A DNA stretch of 61,688 nt from a virus. Both the position numbers and the translations under genes were made by a program. The notes under the pieces are model-generated. The model did not search any database. It saw only the letters and a list, made by a program, of their open reading frames with translations, and had not been told where the DNA came from. The stretch lies in the IMG/VR virus record IMGVR_UViG_3300044620_001837. One strand, given 5' to 3'. Below, piece by piece: positions 51,161 to 59,152 of this stretch (the first letter of the stretch is position 1; each line of letters begins with the position of its first letter).

Positions 51161-52228
51161 TTAAATTTCATCCCATCCAGTTAAGCCAGAAGACATAACA
51201 TAACTGGTAACGGTTGCTTCAAAAAAGTTAGCTTTGGTGTGGCCTTCTTTTTTGGTATCGGAGAAGCGTTCCAGATGGGTATAGGGACTTTTGTTATACT
51301 TTTCTTCCTTGTATAAAGGCTCAAGTCCGATCGCTTTCAGCCGAATATTAGCGAGGTATTTGGTGTACTGTTCGGTACTGTATTCGGTAATACCTAAAAT
51401 GTCGTTGCCAACAATGTGATTTGTCCAGCGACATTCGTGTTTAACGGCAGTATCGAACATCTCATAAATCTGTTCAACGGAATAGGAGAAAGTGTCCATA
51501 GCTTCCGGAATAAGTTTCTGATACAAACGGACGTGACTTAATTCGTCCCGGTTGATCATTTTGAAAACGTCAGCACTACCCGACATTAGCTGTCGAGAAG
51601 CGAGATTATAGAAAAAGATAAAGCCGTTGTAAAAGTACAAACTCTCCAGCAAATAATCGGCGACAAGGGCGATAAAATAGCTTTCAGTAGTTTGTTTGTC
51701 GATATATTGCTGGTAGAGACTAGCAATAAATTCACAGCGATCCCTGAGAACTTTATCAGTGCGCCAAAAGTCATAAACTTCGCCTCTGCGAGCGGAGGGA
51801 ATAATCGTTTCAATTAAGTATTGATAACTTTGATTGTGCATGGCCTCTTGAGAAATTTGTTCCGCCATACAAAGACTAATTTCTGGGGCAGTGACGCTAC
51901 CTTTTAGGTGGGGAATATTACAGGTTTGTACGGAATCAAGAAAAGTTAGATAGGACAAAATACCATCATAAGCAGATCTTTCTTCGTCGGCAAGATGCCC
52001 GTATTCAGTCACGTCTTGAGTGATATCTAATCGTTGCGGAATCCAGAAATTTTCACGCATTTGTTGATATAAACCCACCGCCCAAGTGTAGCGGACATCG
52101 TTTAATTGCATCAGGTTGGTGGTGTTACCAAACCAGATCGAACGGTTTTCGATCGCATCATCTCCCGCCGGATTGAATATCGGGGAAATGGGCATTGAAT
52201 GGGGAGAATTAACTAAATGTAAGGACAT
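51161..52228 (-). CDS. nrdB: Ribonucleotide reductase class I beta (R2) subunit
   Basis: Di-iron ligand motifs EAMHNQSY, LLESLYFYNGF and DELSHVRLY. 355 aa. The C-terminal tail is ...SSGLTGWDEI. Confidence 0.9.
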   Translation of the reverse strand: MSLHLVNSPHSMPISPIFNPAGDDAIENRSIWFGNTTNLMQLNDVRYTWAVGLYQQMRENFWIPQRLDITQDVTEYGHLADEERSAYDGILSYLTFLDSVQTCNIPHLKGSVTAPEISLCMAEQISQEAMHNQSYQYLIETIIPSARRGEVYDFWRTDKVLRDRCEFIASLYQQYIDKQTTESYFIALVADYLLESLYFYNGFIFFYNLASRQLMSGSADVFKMINRDELSHVRLYQKLIPEAMDTFSYSVEQIYEMFDTAVKHECRWTNHIVGNDILGITEYSTEQYTKYLANIRLKAIGLEPLYKEEKYNKSPYTHLERFSDTKKEGHTKANFFEATVTSYVMSSGLTGWDEI

Positions 52229-52744
52229 AATTGCCGTTGATTGAAAGACAGGAATTGATTGACTCGGATATTACTGCTTGATTTAGCCAATCACCTAAAT
52301 TATCCTCAAAGTAAAATCTTTGCAGGAACTAGACAACACAGTATTTGAAGCAAAACCGCTTCAATTCAAGCAAATTTTGTAGAAATACAACTATCGTGGG
52401 GCGCACGAAAAGTAACGCTTGGGGAAAGAACTACCTCTGGACTAGGAATCGCAAGGGACTTAGTTTAAGTGGACTTGTTGAACCAAGAATCCCTCGCTTT
52501 TAGCGATGGGAGCGTCAAGTGCATAATAAAAGCTAACTTATCCCCTCTCGGAAAATGTTCTATTTCCCCCTTTTTAGGGCATTTTCGAGGTGAGAAGTGG
52601 TTTAGGGCTAATCTTTTTCGTACCAAAACCGACCGCGAAACTCCCATTTATCCCTGTATTTTTGAGTAGGTTCCCCCTTTTGTTTCCATCGAGTGATATT
52701 GCTTTTTAAATTGGGACACTTCCCTGTTATCGATGTGTGAAACT

Positions 52745-53245
52745 CTAACATTTTCAATAACATCCGAAATCCATTTCTATCAAGCTTTTCAGAAAAATGT
52801 TAGGATGTTCGGGCGATCCTAGTGAGAAAAAAGTCGGGAGAAAAAGAGATGTGTTACATGAGTAGTATGTGTAATACATCGAACTCTACTATAGGGATCG
52901 CTGTTCGAGGTGTGTGGGGATGTTAGAGATGTTTTAACATCCTGAAACGCTTACTCTGTCTACAATGTAGCAAAGTGTTATGGATGTTTAGCCGATCCTA
53001 GTAAGAAGAAAAAATGGGAGAAGATAGAGCAAGGTCATCCGTGAAAAAGTAAGAAATTGGATCAGGAAAAAGTAAACACAGAAAATTGATTAACACTCTA
53101 ACAAAAGGATAGAAGTATTGATATATCTATCTTTCCTTATGTTATTTACTCCCTAACATCGCTCTAACGGTCTAACATCCCTATCCCGTCCCCGTCCCCA
53201 CATCGCACTAAAAATCCCCCTAGAAACTTCTCTAGGGGGATGGAC
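52745..53245 (+). repeat. Dispersed non-coding element, copy C (left module duplicated in tandem)
   Basis: The left module occurs at 52745-52833 and again at 52918-53015 (TAACATCC ... GGATGTT ... GSCGATCCTAGTRAGAA). The right module 53100-53163 matches 22953-23016. The terminal hairpin is at 53208-53240. Confidence 0.8.
53208..53240 (-). terminator. Rho-independent terminator downstream of the BRO-N gene
   Basis: The minus strand reads TCCCCCTAGA-gaagtt-TCTAGGGGGA (10-bp perfect stem) followed by TTTTTAG. Confidence 0.7.
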
Positions 53246-53261
53246 GTAGGATTCTATCGTT

Positions 53262-54020
53262 TTAGTGGGTTCTGCTCACTCTGACTCGCAGTTTAGTCAC
53301 TCCTGATGGAATACTTTCTTGATCGCACTCACATCGCTCTAAAACCTCTGGCAAAAGCGATCGCAAAATAGCCGAATTGATTTTGACAAGGTTTCCCTGT
53401 TCATCGGGAATCTTGCGGGATTGAAACTTCTGATGGAGATCCCGAACTTTGGGCATGACTCCTTTTACCTGGACGAACCGATCGATGAATGCGGCCATAT
53501 CGTCTAGTAACCTTTCCCGTATCTGTTTTCCGGTAAGTTTTCCTGCGGAATACTGTGCATATTCGATCTGGTTTTGTTCTAGGCGAAGTTCCTCGATTAT
53601 CCGATCATTAGTGCTTACAATCCGTTCCCGTTCTAGCTCGATTTTTGCGGTTTCTAGTTCAATTTTCAGGGTTTCGACCTCCGACAACTCTTGCCGTTGT
53701 CCATATCCCCCCGTCTTGCGGATTGAGGGCAGAACTTTTTCAAAAACCCAGTCTTGGAATTTTTCTGCGGCTGGTAACTTGGAAGAGAAAATCAGTTGAT
53801 AGATACCGGGTTCCTCTAGAACCATTACATCACGGAGTTTTCCGTCAAGTGTCTGGGATTTACAGACACTTTTGTTTTTCTCGTTAACAAGTCGGTAAAC
53901 AGCGTCGGCGGGATCGGCGTAACCCAACACTCGGGCTACATCGTTAGCGACGGGGCGATCGCCGACAAAACGGATTTCTTCGTCTTGAAACTCGAAAACT
54001 GCTAAATTAGAGTTAGCCAT
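53262..54020 (-). CDS. BRO-N domain protein (phage antirepressor-like)
   Basis: LAVFEFQDEEIRFVGDRPVANDVARVLGY...GIYQLIFSSKLPAAEKFQDWVFEKVLPSIRKTGGY is the BRO-N signature. I chose the start at MANSNLAVF. Confidence 0.8.
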   Translation of the reverse strand: MANSNLAVFEFQDEEIRFVGDRPVANDVARVLGYADPADAVYRLVNEKNKSVCKSQTLDGKLRDVMVLEEPGIYQLIFSSKLPAAEKFQDWVFEKVLPSIRKTGGYGQRQELSEVETLKIELETAKIELERERIVSTNDRIIEELRLEQNQIEYAQYSAGKLTGKQIRERLLDDMAAFIDRFVQVKGVMPKVRDLHQKFQSRKIPDEQGNLVKINSAILRSLLPEVLERCECDQESIPSGVTKLRVRVSRTH

Positions 54021-54116
54021 AGTGTTAACCTTTCTAACATTGTGGTCAGACCTTCTAGTGTTCGCTAGGGGCATTTTTGTTATACAGCTTCAGAAAGTTT
54101 CTGTTATGATGGATAA

Positions 54117-54187
54117 TGCAGGTGAGTGAAACGGCTCACGCAAGGCTCATAACCTTGAAACAGCGGGTTCGACTCCCGTGCCTGCGT
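54117..54187 (+). tRNA. tRNA-like gene with anticodon CAT (Met, or Ile2 if lysidinylated)
   Basis: Hand-folded cloverleaf with segment lengths 7/2/4/6/4/1/5/7/5/5/5/7/5/7/1. The anticodon loop is CTCATAA, the T-loop TTCGACT and the D-loop contains GG. The acceptor has two G:T pairs and position 8 is G. TATGAT at 54105-54110 is placed as a -10. Confidence 0.6.
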
Positions 54188-55866
54188 TACCGTCCTCGTC
54201 CCCTCGATAATCCGGCCCTAAATTCGTTCACCGGGCTGGGCGATGCAATCGGCATCACTCCATCATCATCATGTCCCAGAAACTCATTTTCAAGGGAATA
54301 GAACGCGCCAGACAAGGAATCAACTATGTCATTTACTGGTGGTGTCTTTTTGTTGCCATCAAAGTTCTGGCAAGCATTAAGAAATCGATTATTCCAGACG
54401 GAGTCACGAAGTAAAAATATCTGTCCCCTACTGGCCGCCGTGGCCGCAGGTAACGCCCGTGTTAATTTGTCTCCCTGTGGGGCGATCGCTGCCACATCAT
54501 GATTCGGATGATATTCTCGGATGACATTGGTGATCGTATTTTCTACAAATTTACCGCTCGATCCGCCCTCTTGTTCCCACCGAACCGCCACGGGTTTCCC
54601 ATCTATCCCGGCAGTGTTTTTCAACATTAATTCAACTTCCCCGACTTTTTTCTGCTCACAGAGATTATCGGCGACAACGTAAACAAATTCTCTTACTTCT
54701 TTTCCGTCCGATAGTACGGTTTTAATACGCTCGTATTTATAAACAAGCGTTCCAGAAGTGTAGCAGTGATAATTCTCGGCATTTTCCTTCGCTGTAGCGG
54801 CCAAGTCCCAGAATCGCACTTTTCCGATCAGTTTCCAGTCATCGGGAATGCTATCCAGTATCTCGAACCATGTGCGATCAAAAACAGTTCCAGCTTCATA
54901 TTTAACCTTCCAGTTTCCCTTGAGTAGCCTTTCTCGCTCGATCGGATGGAGAGCGTACAGGTTAGCAAGGTAAGTAGGATTGACCTTAATTAAGGCTCGA
55001 TTATCAAAAATTGTAGCGGGGATGAAAGTGAAGCTTTTTACTAAATCTTCTGGTTTAATTTTTACATCATCGTCCGCTAAAAACTCCTCTCGAATATCGG
55101 GCGGGATCATCTCGAAAAGCTTGTTTTTAAGGTCAAACTTTTCGATTAGTTCATCTCTTGTATCAGCCCAATGTACGGTATTTCCTTCTCGTACAAAATA
55201 CCGCACGACTCCCGCTCTTTCCTCGATAGCGTATCCCGTCCGCGGGTCGATCCACCACGAGATAAAATCGGCTACCCAACTATCAGCATCGGGGTTACAG
55301 GTAGCCCTGACTGCCGGCTTAATTCCCGATACCGATCTATTACGGGAAAGGAGATAGAAAAATTGATCTTCCGTAAAGTGAGTTAGCTCATCAAAGCCGA
55401 TTCGGGCAATCTGCGCCCCTTGGTAGCTGTAAACGGTTTTTTCGTGCTGTAAATGCCGAAATGATATTCGCGAACCGCTTGCAAACCTCCATTCAAGGTT
55501 CGGTTTTTCTGCGAAACTTCCCTTGATCGGTTGATAGATTTTCCTGCTTTCATCAACCAATCCGCCCGCTTGCGTAAATTCGGGATAAGTACGCCGAAAA
55601 ATTACCGCTCGGTAGTCGGGATTATCGATAAATTCTTGTCGGGCAAAATCGACTAAAAGGGCGTGAGATTTCCCGGAGCCGGCCGCACCGCCGAAAATTA
55701 TTACATCTGCGTCAACTGCCCCGAAAAGAGCCTGTTTTCCTTCCTGCAAACGAGGAAATGTGACGATATTATTTGCCGCATTCGTTTCTTGAATGCGGCG
55801 ATAGGTTTCCGTGTTGGATTTAATCTTTGATCGGTTTTTAATCGATAGTCCGTTACGGAATTTCAT
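54187..55866 (-). CDS. terL: Terminase large subunit
   Basis: Walker A FGGAAGSGKSHALL, Walker B IGFDELTHF, and a C-terminal nuclease-type block VRFWDLAAT. 559 aa. Confidence 0.85.
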   Translation of the reverse strand: MKFRNGLSIKNRSKIKSNTETYRRIQETNAANNIVTFPRLQEGKQALFGAVDADVIIFGGAAGSGKSHALLVDFARQEFIDNPDYRAVIFRRTYPEFTQAGGLVDESRKIYQPIKGSFAEKPNLEWRFASGSRISFRHLQHEKTVYSYQGAQIARIGFDELTHFTEDQFFYLLSRNRSVSGIKPAVRATCNPDADSWVADFISWWIDPRTGYAIEERAGVVRYFVREGNTVHWADTRDELIEKFDLKNKLFEMIPPDIREEFLADDDVKIKPEDLVKSFTFIPATIFDNRALIKVNPTYLANLYALHPIERERLLKGNWKVKYEAGTVFDRTWFEILDSIPDDWKLIGKVRFWDLAATAKENAENYHCYTSGTLVYKYERIKTVLSDGKEVREFVYVVADNLCEQKKVGEVELMLKNTAGIDGKPVAVRWEQEGGSSGKFVENTITNVIREYHPNHDVAAIAPQGDKLTRALPAATAASRGQIFLLRDSVWNNRFLNACQNFDGNKKTPPVNDIVDSLSGAFYSLENEFLGHDDDGVMPIASPSPVNEFRAGLSRGRGR

Positions 55867-55869
55867 TGC

Positions 55870-56175
55870 TTATAACCAATAGGTTTTTTCTTCTTTTTCC
55901 CCGCAGAAATCGACCTTATAGTTAATTGCATCTTCAAGGGTATTGAACGTGCGTAGTTCTTCCCATTGAATATCTTTCCACCATTCCCAGATCGTAAAAA
56001 CACTATCTTGCCCGCAGATAAAATCACCGACGCATATAATTACAATAACTGGAAACATAAGAGAATACCCGATTACCTTAAATATATTTCTTCTTTGGTA
56101 AAGAGTAAAAATCGTAGTGTTTTTAGCGTAGCTGGCACTTCCGATAACTTTAAATTGTTTATTGCATTTAAACAT
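55870..56175 (-). CDS. Hypothetical membrane protein
   Basis: 101 aa with a hydrophobic segment VIGYSLMFPVIVIICVGDFI. It lies between the terminase genes. Confidence 0.45.
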   Translation of the reverse strand: MFKCNKQFKVIGSASYAKNTTIFTLYQRRNIFKVIGYSLMFPVIVIICVGDFICGQDSVFTIWEWWKDIQWEELRTFNTLEDAINYKVDFCGEKEEKTYWL

Positions 56176-56473
56176 AGGGGTATTTCCACTGTCTTTCTAG
56201 GGTTTTAAAATTCACCAAAGGAACACAAAAGTCACCATATTTAATCCCATCGGGCTTAATCGCTTTTCTGGCACGATTGTAAAGTATTTTACGGAATCTT
56301 AACGTGAACATTATTTCTTGAATAGGAAGCGATAGCCAATCAAAATTGTTGTCAACATAGGAATCGAAGCCTTGCTCTAGTTGAGGGTTTTGATAACCAT
56401 AATCAGTCTCTATTCTTGCTAATTCTAACGCAAGAAAAGTATCACAAACTGTTTTATCTATTAATGTAGTCAT
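56168..56473 (-). CDS. Hypothetical protein
   Basis: 101-aa ORF overlapping both neighbours by a few nt, consistent with an operon. Confidence 0.5.
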   Translation of the reverse strand: MTTLIDKTVCDTFLALELARIETDYGYQNPQLEQGFDSYVDNNFDWLSLPIQEIMFTLRFRKILYNRARKAIKPDGIKYGDFCVPLVNFKTLERQWKYPYV

Positions 56474-57237
56474 TCTTCATCCTCATCGTGTTTCATCATT
56501 TTAGTAGGAATTAGCACGTCATCAATCTCTGCGCTATCACGAATAATTACTGCTAGGTCATCAGCACCAGACCCGATCGCTCCCTGCCCGATTATTTTGC
56601 CATCGGGGTCGATAACCGCTAATCCATGTTTTTGAACGATATTTAGTGCATATTCGAGAGTGTCTAATCCCATAACTTTTTCAAGCACATCTGTTAGGGC
56701 TTTGCTCATAGTCAGCGCGTCCCGGTGTGACCAGTTCCCGTTAGGTTCAATTGTTACCTGTAATGGAGTTCCATCTTCATTGATCGATGTAATCTGCTTT
56801 CTACTAATCGGGTAATTTGTCATCGCCTCGATCTTGTCAAGCGATTTTATTGCGATTTTTAGTGTTCTCTCGCGAATTTCGGTCAAAACATGGTCAATAT
56901 GCCCGTCTTGTTCTTGGACTTTTTTTAGCCAGTAAGCTCTCGCTCGTTCTTCCCATCGGTAATTCTTGCAAGCAATTTCCCAGTTATCTGGCGTATCGAT
57001 ATTTCGCTTGATTTGCGTTTTTGGAATTTCTTGTCCTGCCGCAATTGAACAATTTTGATAGGCGCGGTTAAGCGTTCGGTAGCCACTTGGTAAAGATAAA
57101 TACCAAAGCGAGAATCTTTCGTACCACTCTGGCATTTCGTAAGGCTGTTTTTCCCAGACTGGAAAAGTTACAAATTCGATAGGTTCTTTCGGGATTAAGT
57201 TTTTTGGTCGCTTTCCTGTTTCTTTTACTATTGGCAT
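56470..57237 (-). CDS. Possible terminase small subunit
   Basis: First gene of the minus-strand terminase operon. EMPEWYERFSLWYLSLPSGYRTLNRAY resembles the N-terminal DNA-binding block of some small terminases. Weak. Confidence 0.4.
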   Translation of the reverse strand: MPIVKETGKRPKNLIPKEPIEFVTFPVWEKQPYEMPEWYERFSLWYLSLPSGYRTLNRAYQNCSIAAGQEIPKTQIKRNIDTPDNWEIACKNYRWEERARAYWLKKVQEQDGHIDHVLTEIRERTLKIAIKSLDKIEAMTNYPISRKQITSINEDGTPLQVTIEPNGNWSHRDALTMSKALTDVLEKVMGLDTLEYALNIVQKHGLAVIDPDGKIIGQGAIGSGADDLAVIIRDSAEIDDVLIPTKMMKHDEDEE

Positions 57238-57279
57238 TTAGATAAGGTAAAGTTTGTAATCATACTAGACAACTCAATT

Positions 57280-57882
57280 ATGCCAGATAAGTTAGCGATC
57301 GAATATTGCCGCCTCTCCGATCTTGTTCCGCTAAAAAGCAATTCCAAAAAGCACGCAACCGAAAACACGATCGCTCTGATTCTTGAATTTGGATTTAAAG
57401 ACCCGATAGGCATAGACCCGTCTCTTAACAAGGGGAAAGGAGGGATTACAGAGGGTCATGATCGCCGTGCGGCTTTACTAGAAATCAAAAAACGGAATAT
57501 TAAGCCGCCGCGGGGAATTTTGACCGATAAAGACGGAGAATGGTTAGTGCCTGTTTTGATAGGAGTAGAGGCGGAAAGTGAGGGAAAAGCTGTAAAATAC
57601 TCCATTTTACACAACCATTCTACGATTCACGGGGCAGGACTCGATCCTATCGATGAGCTAAAATTATTCGATCACGATCTGCTACTCGAACAAGCAGAAT
57701 ATCTCGATAGCGAGGGGGAAAATTTAGGAGCGATCGGGGATTTAAATTCAATTCTTGCCACCTTGAATGTAGGAGACAGCGACGATAGTGGCGATGAAAT
57801 TCCCGACGATAATCAAGATATAGATGAAGAAAGCTTAGGAGAAACCAAACACGAATGCCCAAACTGTGGCTTTAAATGGTGA
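57280..57882 (+). CDS. ParB N-terminal (ParB/Srx nuclease-like) domain protein with a C-terminal Zn-ribbon
   Basis: LSDLVPLKSNSKKH...LEFGFKDPIGI...ITEGHDRRAALLEI is the GxxRxxA-type ParB box. The tail is acidic, and the end has CPNCGFKW. It overlaps the methyltransferase start. Confidence 0.65.
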   Translation: MPDKLAIEYCRLSDLVPLKSNSKKHATENTIALILEFGFKDPIGIDPSLNKGKGGITEGHDRRAALLEIKKRNIKPPRGILTDKDGEWLVPVLIGVEAESEGKAVKYSILHNHSTIHGAGLDPIDELKLFDHDLLLEQAEYLDSEGENLGAIGDLNSILATLNVGDSDDSGDEIPDDNQDIDEESLGETKHECPNCGFKW

Positions 57883-58904
57883 TAGTTATGACGTGGAATT
57901 TTCACCCAAAACCACAAACAAAACCGATTACAATACGAGAGGCTTTTAGGGGATTAAACGAGAGCGAACCTTGTCCGATTGTTATGCCCGAATATATCCG
58001 AAAAGTCGCTAGGGAGATAACACCGGGGGATTTTAATAGCGACAAGGTAAAGCCGATACTTGCCAAGCATAATAATGGGAAAACGGGCGGTTTTATGAGT
58101 TTAAAGCGACTATCATGGCACAAAGAATCATGCACTCTTATTAAATCTTCCCACTGGGGAAACATCGGCATAATTCACCCCAATGGTGAGCGGTTTATCA
58201 ATGAAGCGGAATTAAAGCGGGTTGGGAGTTTTCCCGACGATTTTATATTCCCTGATTCCCTCGGATTTAAAAATGTGATCGAGCGGATCGGGAATTCAGT
58301 CCCCCCCAATCTAATGCGGGCGATCGCTGAGAATATCAAAAATTCACCATTTCTTCGAGATACCGATCGCCTGACCGCGATCGATACTTTTTCAGGATGT
58401 GGAGGATCGTCGCTCGGATTAAAGCTCGCTGGCTACGATGAACGCTTGGCCGTGGAGTGGGATGATAATGCGTCCGCTACCTACCGAGTCAATTTCCCCG
58501 ACACTCCCCTGTATCATGGCGATATAGCAAAACTTTCCCTAGAAAAAGCGATCGAACTATCGGGATTGAGACTTGGAGAACTCGATTTACTCACTGGCTC
58601 ACCGCCCTGCCAAGGATTCAGCGTGGCAGGGAAACGAAACCTGTATGATGATCGCAATCAGCTATTTAAAGAGTATTGTCGGTTTTTGCAGGGTTTCAAG
58701 CCAAAAGCGTTCGTGATGGAAAATGTGCCCGGTATGATTTGTGGCCACATGAAACAGGTCGCTCTCAATATATATAAAGAGTTGCGATCCTGTGGGTACG
58801 AGGTCAGGGGGCAAGTCCTCAACGCTAAATACTATGGGGTTCCGCAATCTAGGGAGCGGGTGATCCTAGTCGGTGTACGCTCGGATTTAGTACAGAGGCA
58901 TTAG
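57876..58904 (+). CDS. DNA (cytosine-5) methyltransferase with circularly permuted motif order
   Basis: Motif X GNSVPP lies at 58290-58307, before motif I FSGCGG (58389-58406). Motif IV SPPCQGFS has its Cys at 58608-58610. ENV is at 58719-58727 and QSRER at 58845-58859. The ORF stops 15 codons after motif VIII. Confidence 0.85.
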   Translation: MVIVMTWNFHPKPQTKPITIREAFRGLNESEPCPIVMPEYIRKVAREITPGDFNSDKVKPILAKHNNGKTGGFMSLKRLSWHKESCTLIKSSHWGNIGIIHPNGERFINEAELKRVGSFPDDFIFPDSLGFKNVIERIGNSVPPNLMRAIAENIKNSPFLRDTDRLTAIDTFSGCGGSSLGLKLAGYDERLAVEWDDNASATYRVNFPDTPLYHGDIAKLSLEKAIELSGLRLGELDLLTGSPPCQGFSVAGKRNLYDDRNQLFKEYCRFLQGFKPKAFVMENVPGMICGHMKQVALNIYKELRSCGYEVRGQVLNAKYYGVPQSRERVILVGVRSDLVQRH

Positions 58905-58947
58905 CTATAGATGTGCATCGATAGTTATCTATGATGGGCATTGAAAA

Positions 58948-58989
58948 AACTCTCGAAAAAAAGTTTCAAGATTTTCTGAGAGTTTTTTT
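58948..58989 (+). terminator. Rho-independent terminator after the methyltransferase gene
   Basis: AACTCTCGAAAA...TTTTCTGAGAGTT forms a stem with one bulge, followed by TTTTT. Confidence 0.6.
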
Positions 58990-59055
58990 GTGAGAATCAG
59001 CAGACTCCTTGCGGGGCAAGTGTTTTAGGAGTTAGGCAGTGCTTCTGTCCTTTAC

Positions 59056-59084
59056 TTGACAATTCAAGAAATGAGCGGCATTCT
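59056..59084 (+). promoter_or_regulatory. Promoter P7 (cassette -35 region with a weak -10)
   Basis: CTTGACAATTCAAGAAA is perfectly conserved. At a 17-nt spacing the -10 is only CATTCT. Confidence 0.5.
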
Positions 59085-59152
59085 TAAGCTATGAGGGAAA
59101 ACAAAACGCCCCAAACAAACACGAAACATCACAAGAAAAGGAAAAAATCATC

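Noticed and set aside
52363-52400. CTTCAATTCAAGCAAA, a degenerate look-alike of the promoter cassette
   Set aside because: The -35 is not TTGACA and no acceptable -10 lies at 17-18 nt. It is likely chance or a decayed copy.
52465-52669. Two overlapping ~60-aa ORFs on opposite strands upstream of nrdB
   Set aside because: They are mutually overlapping mirror ORFs in a hairpin-rich non-coding leader, with no RBS or motif.
1620-53245. Dispersed elements A-C considered as a CRISPR array or mini-array
   Set aside because: The repeats are long (60-100 nt modules), imperfect, irregularly spaced, present in both orientations and tens of kb apart. There is no repeat-spacer periodicity and there are no cas genes.
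57238-57279. Divergent promoters in the 42-bp gap between the terminase operon and the ParB-like gene
   Set aside because: A TATGAT hexamer exists on the minus strand, but no acceptable -35 lies at the proper spacing. There is too little sequence to support a call.
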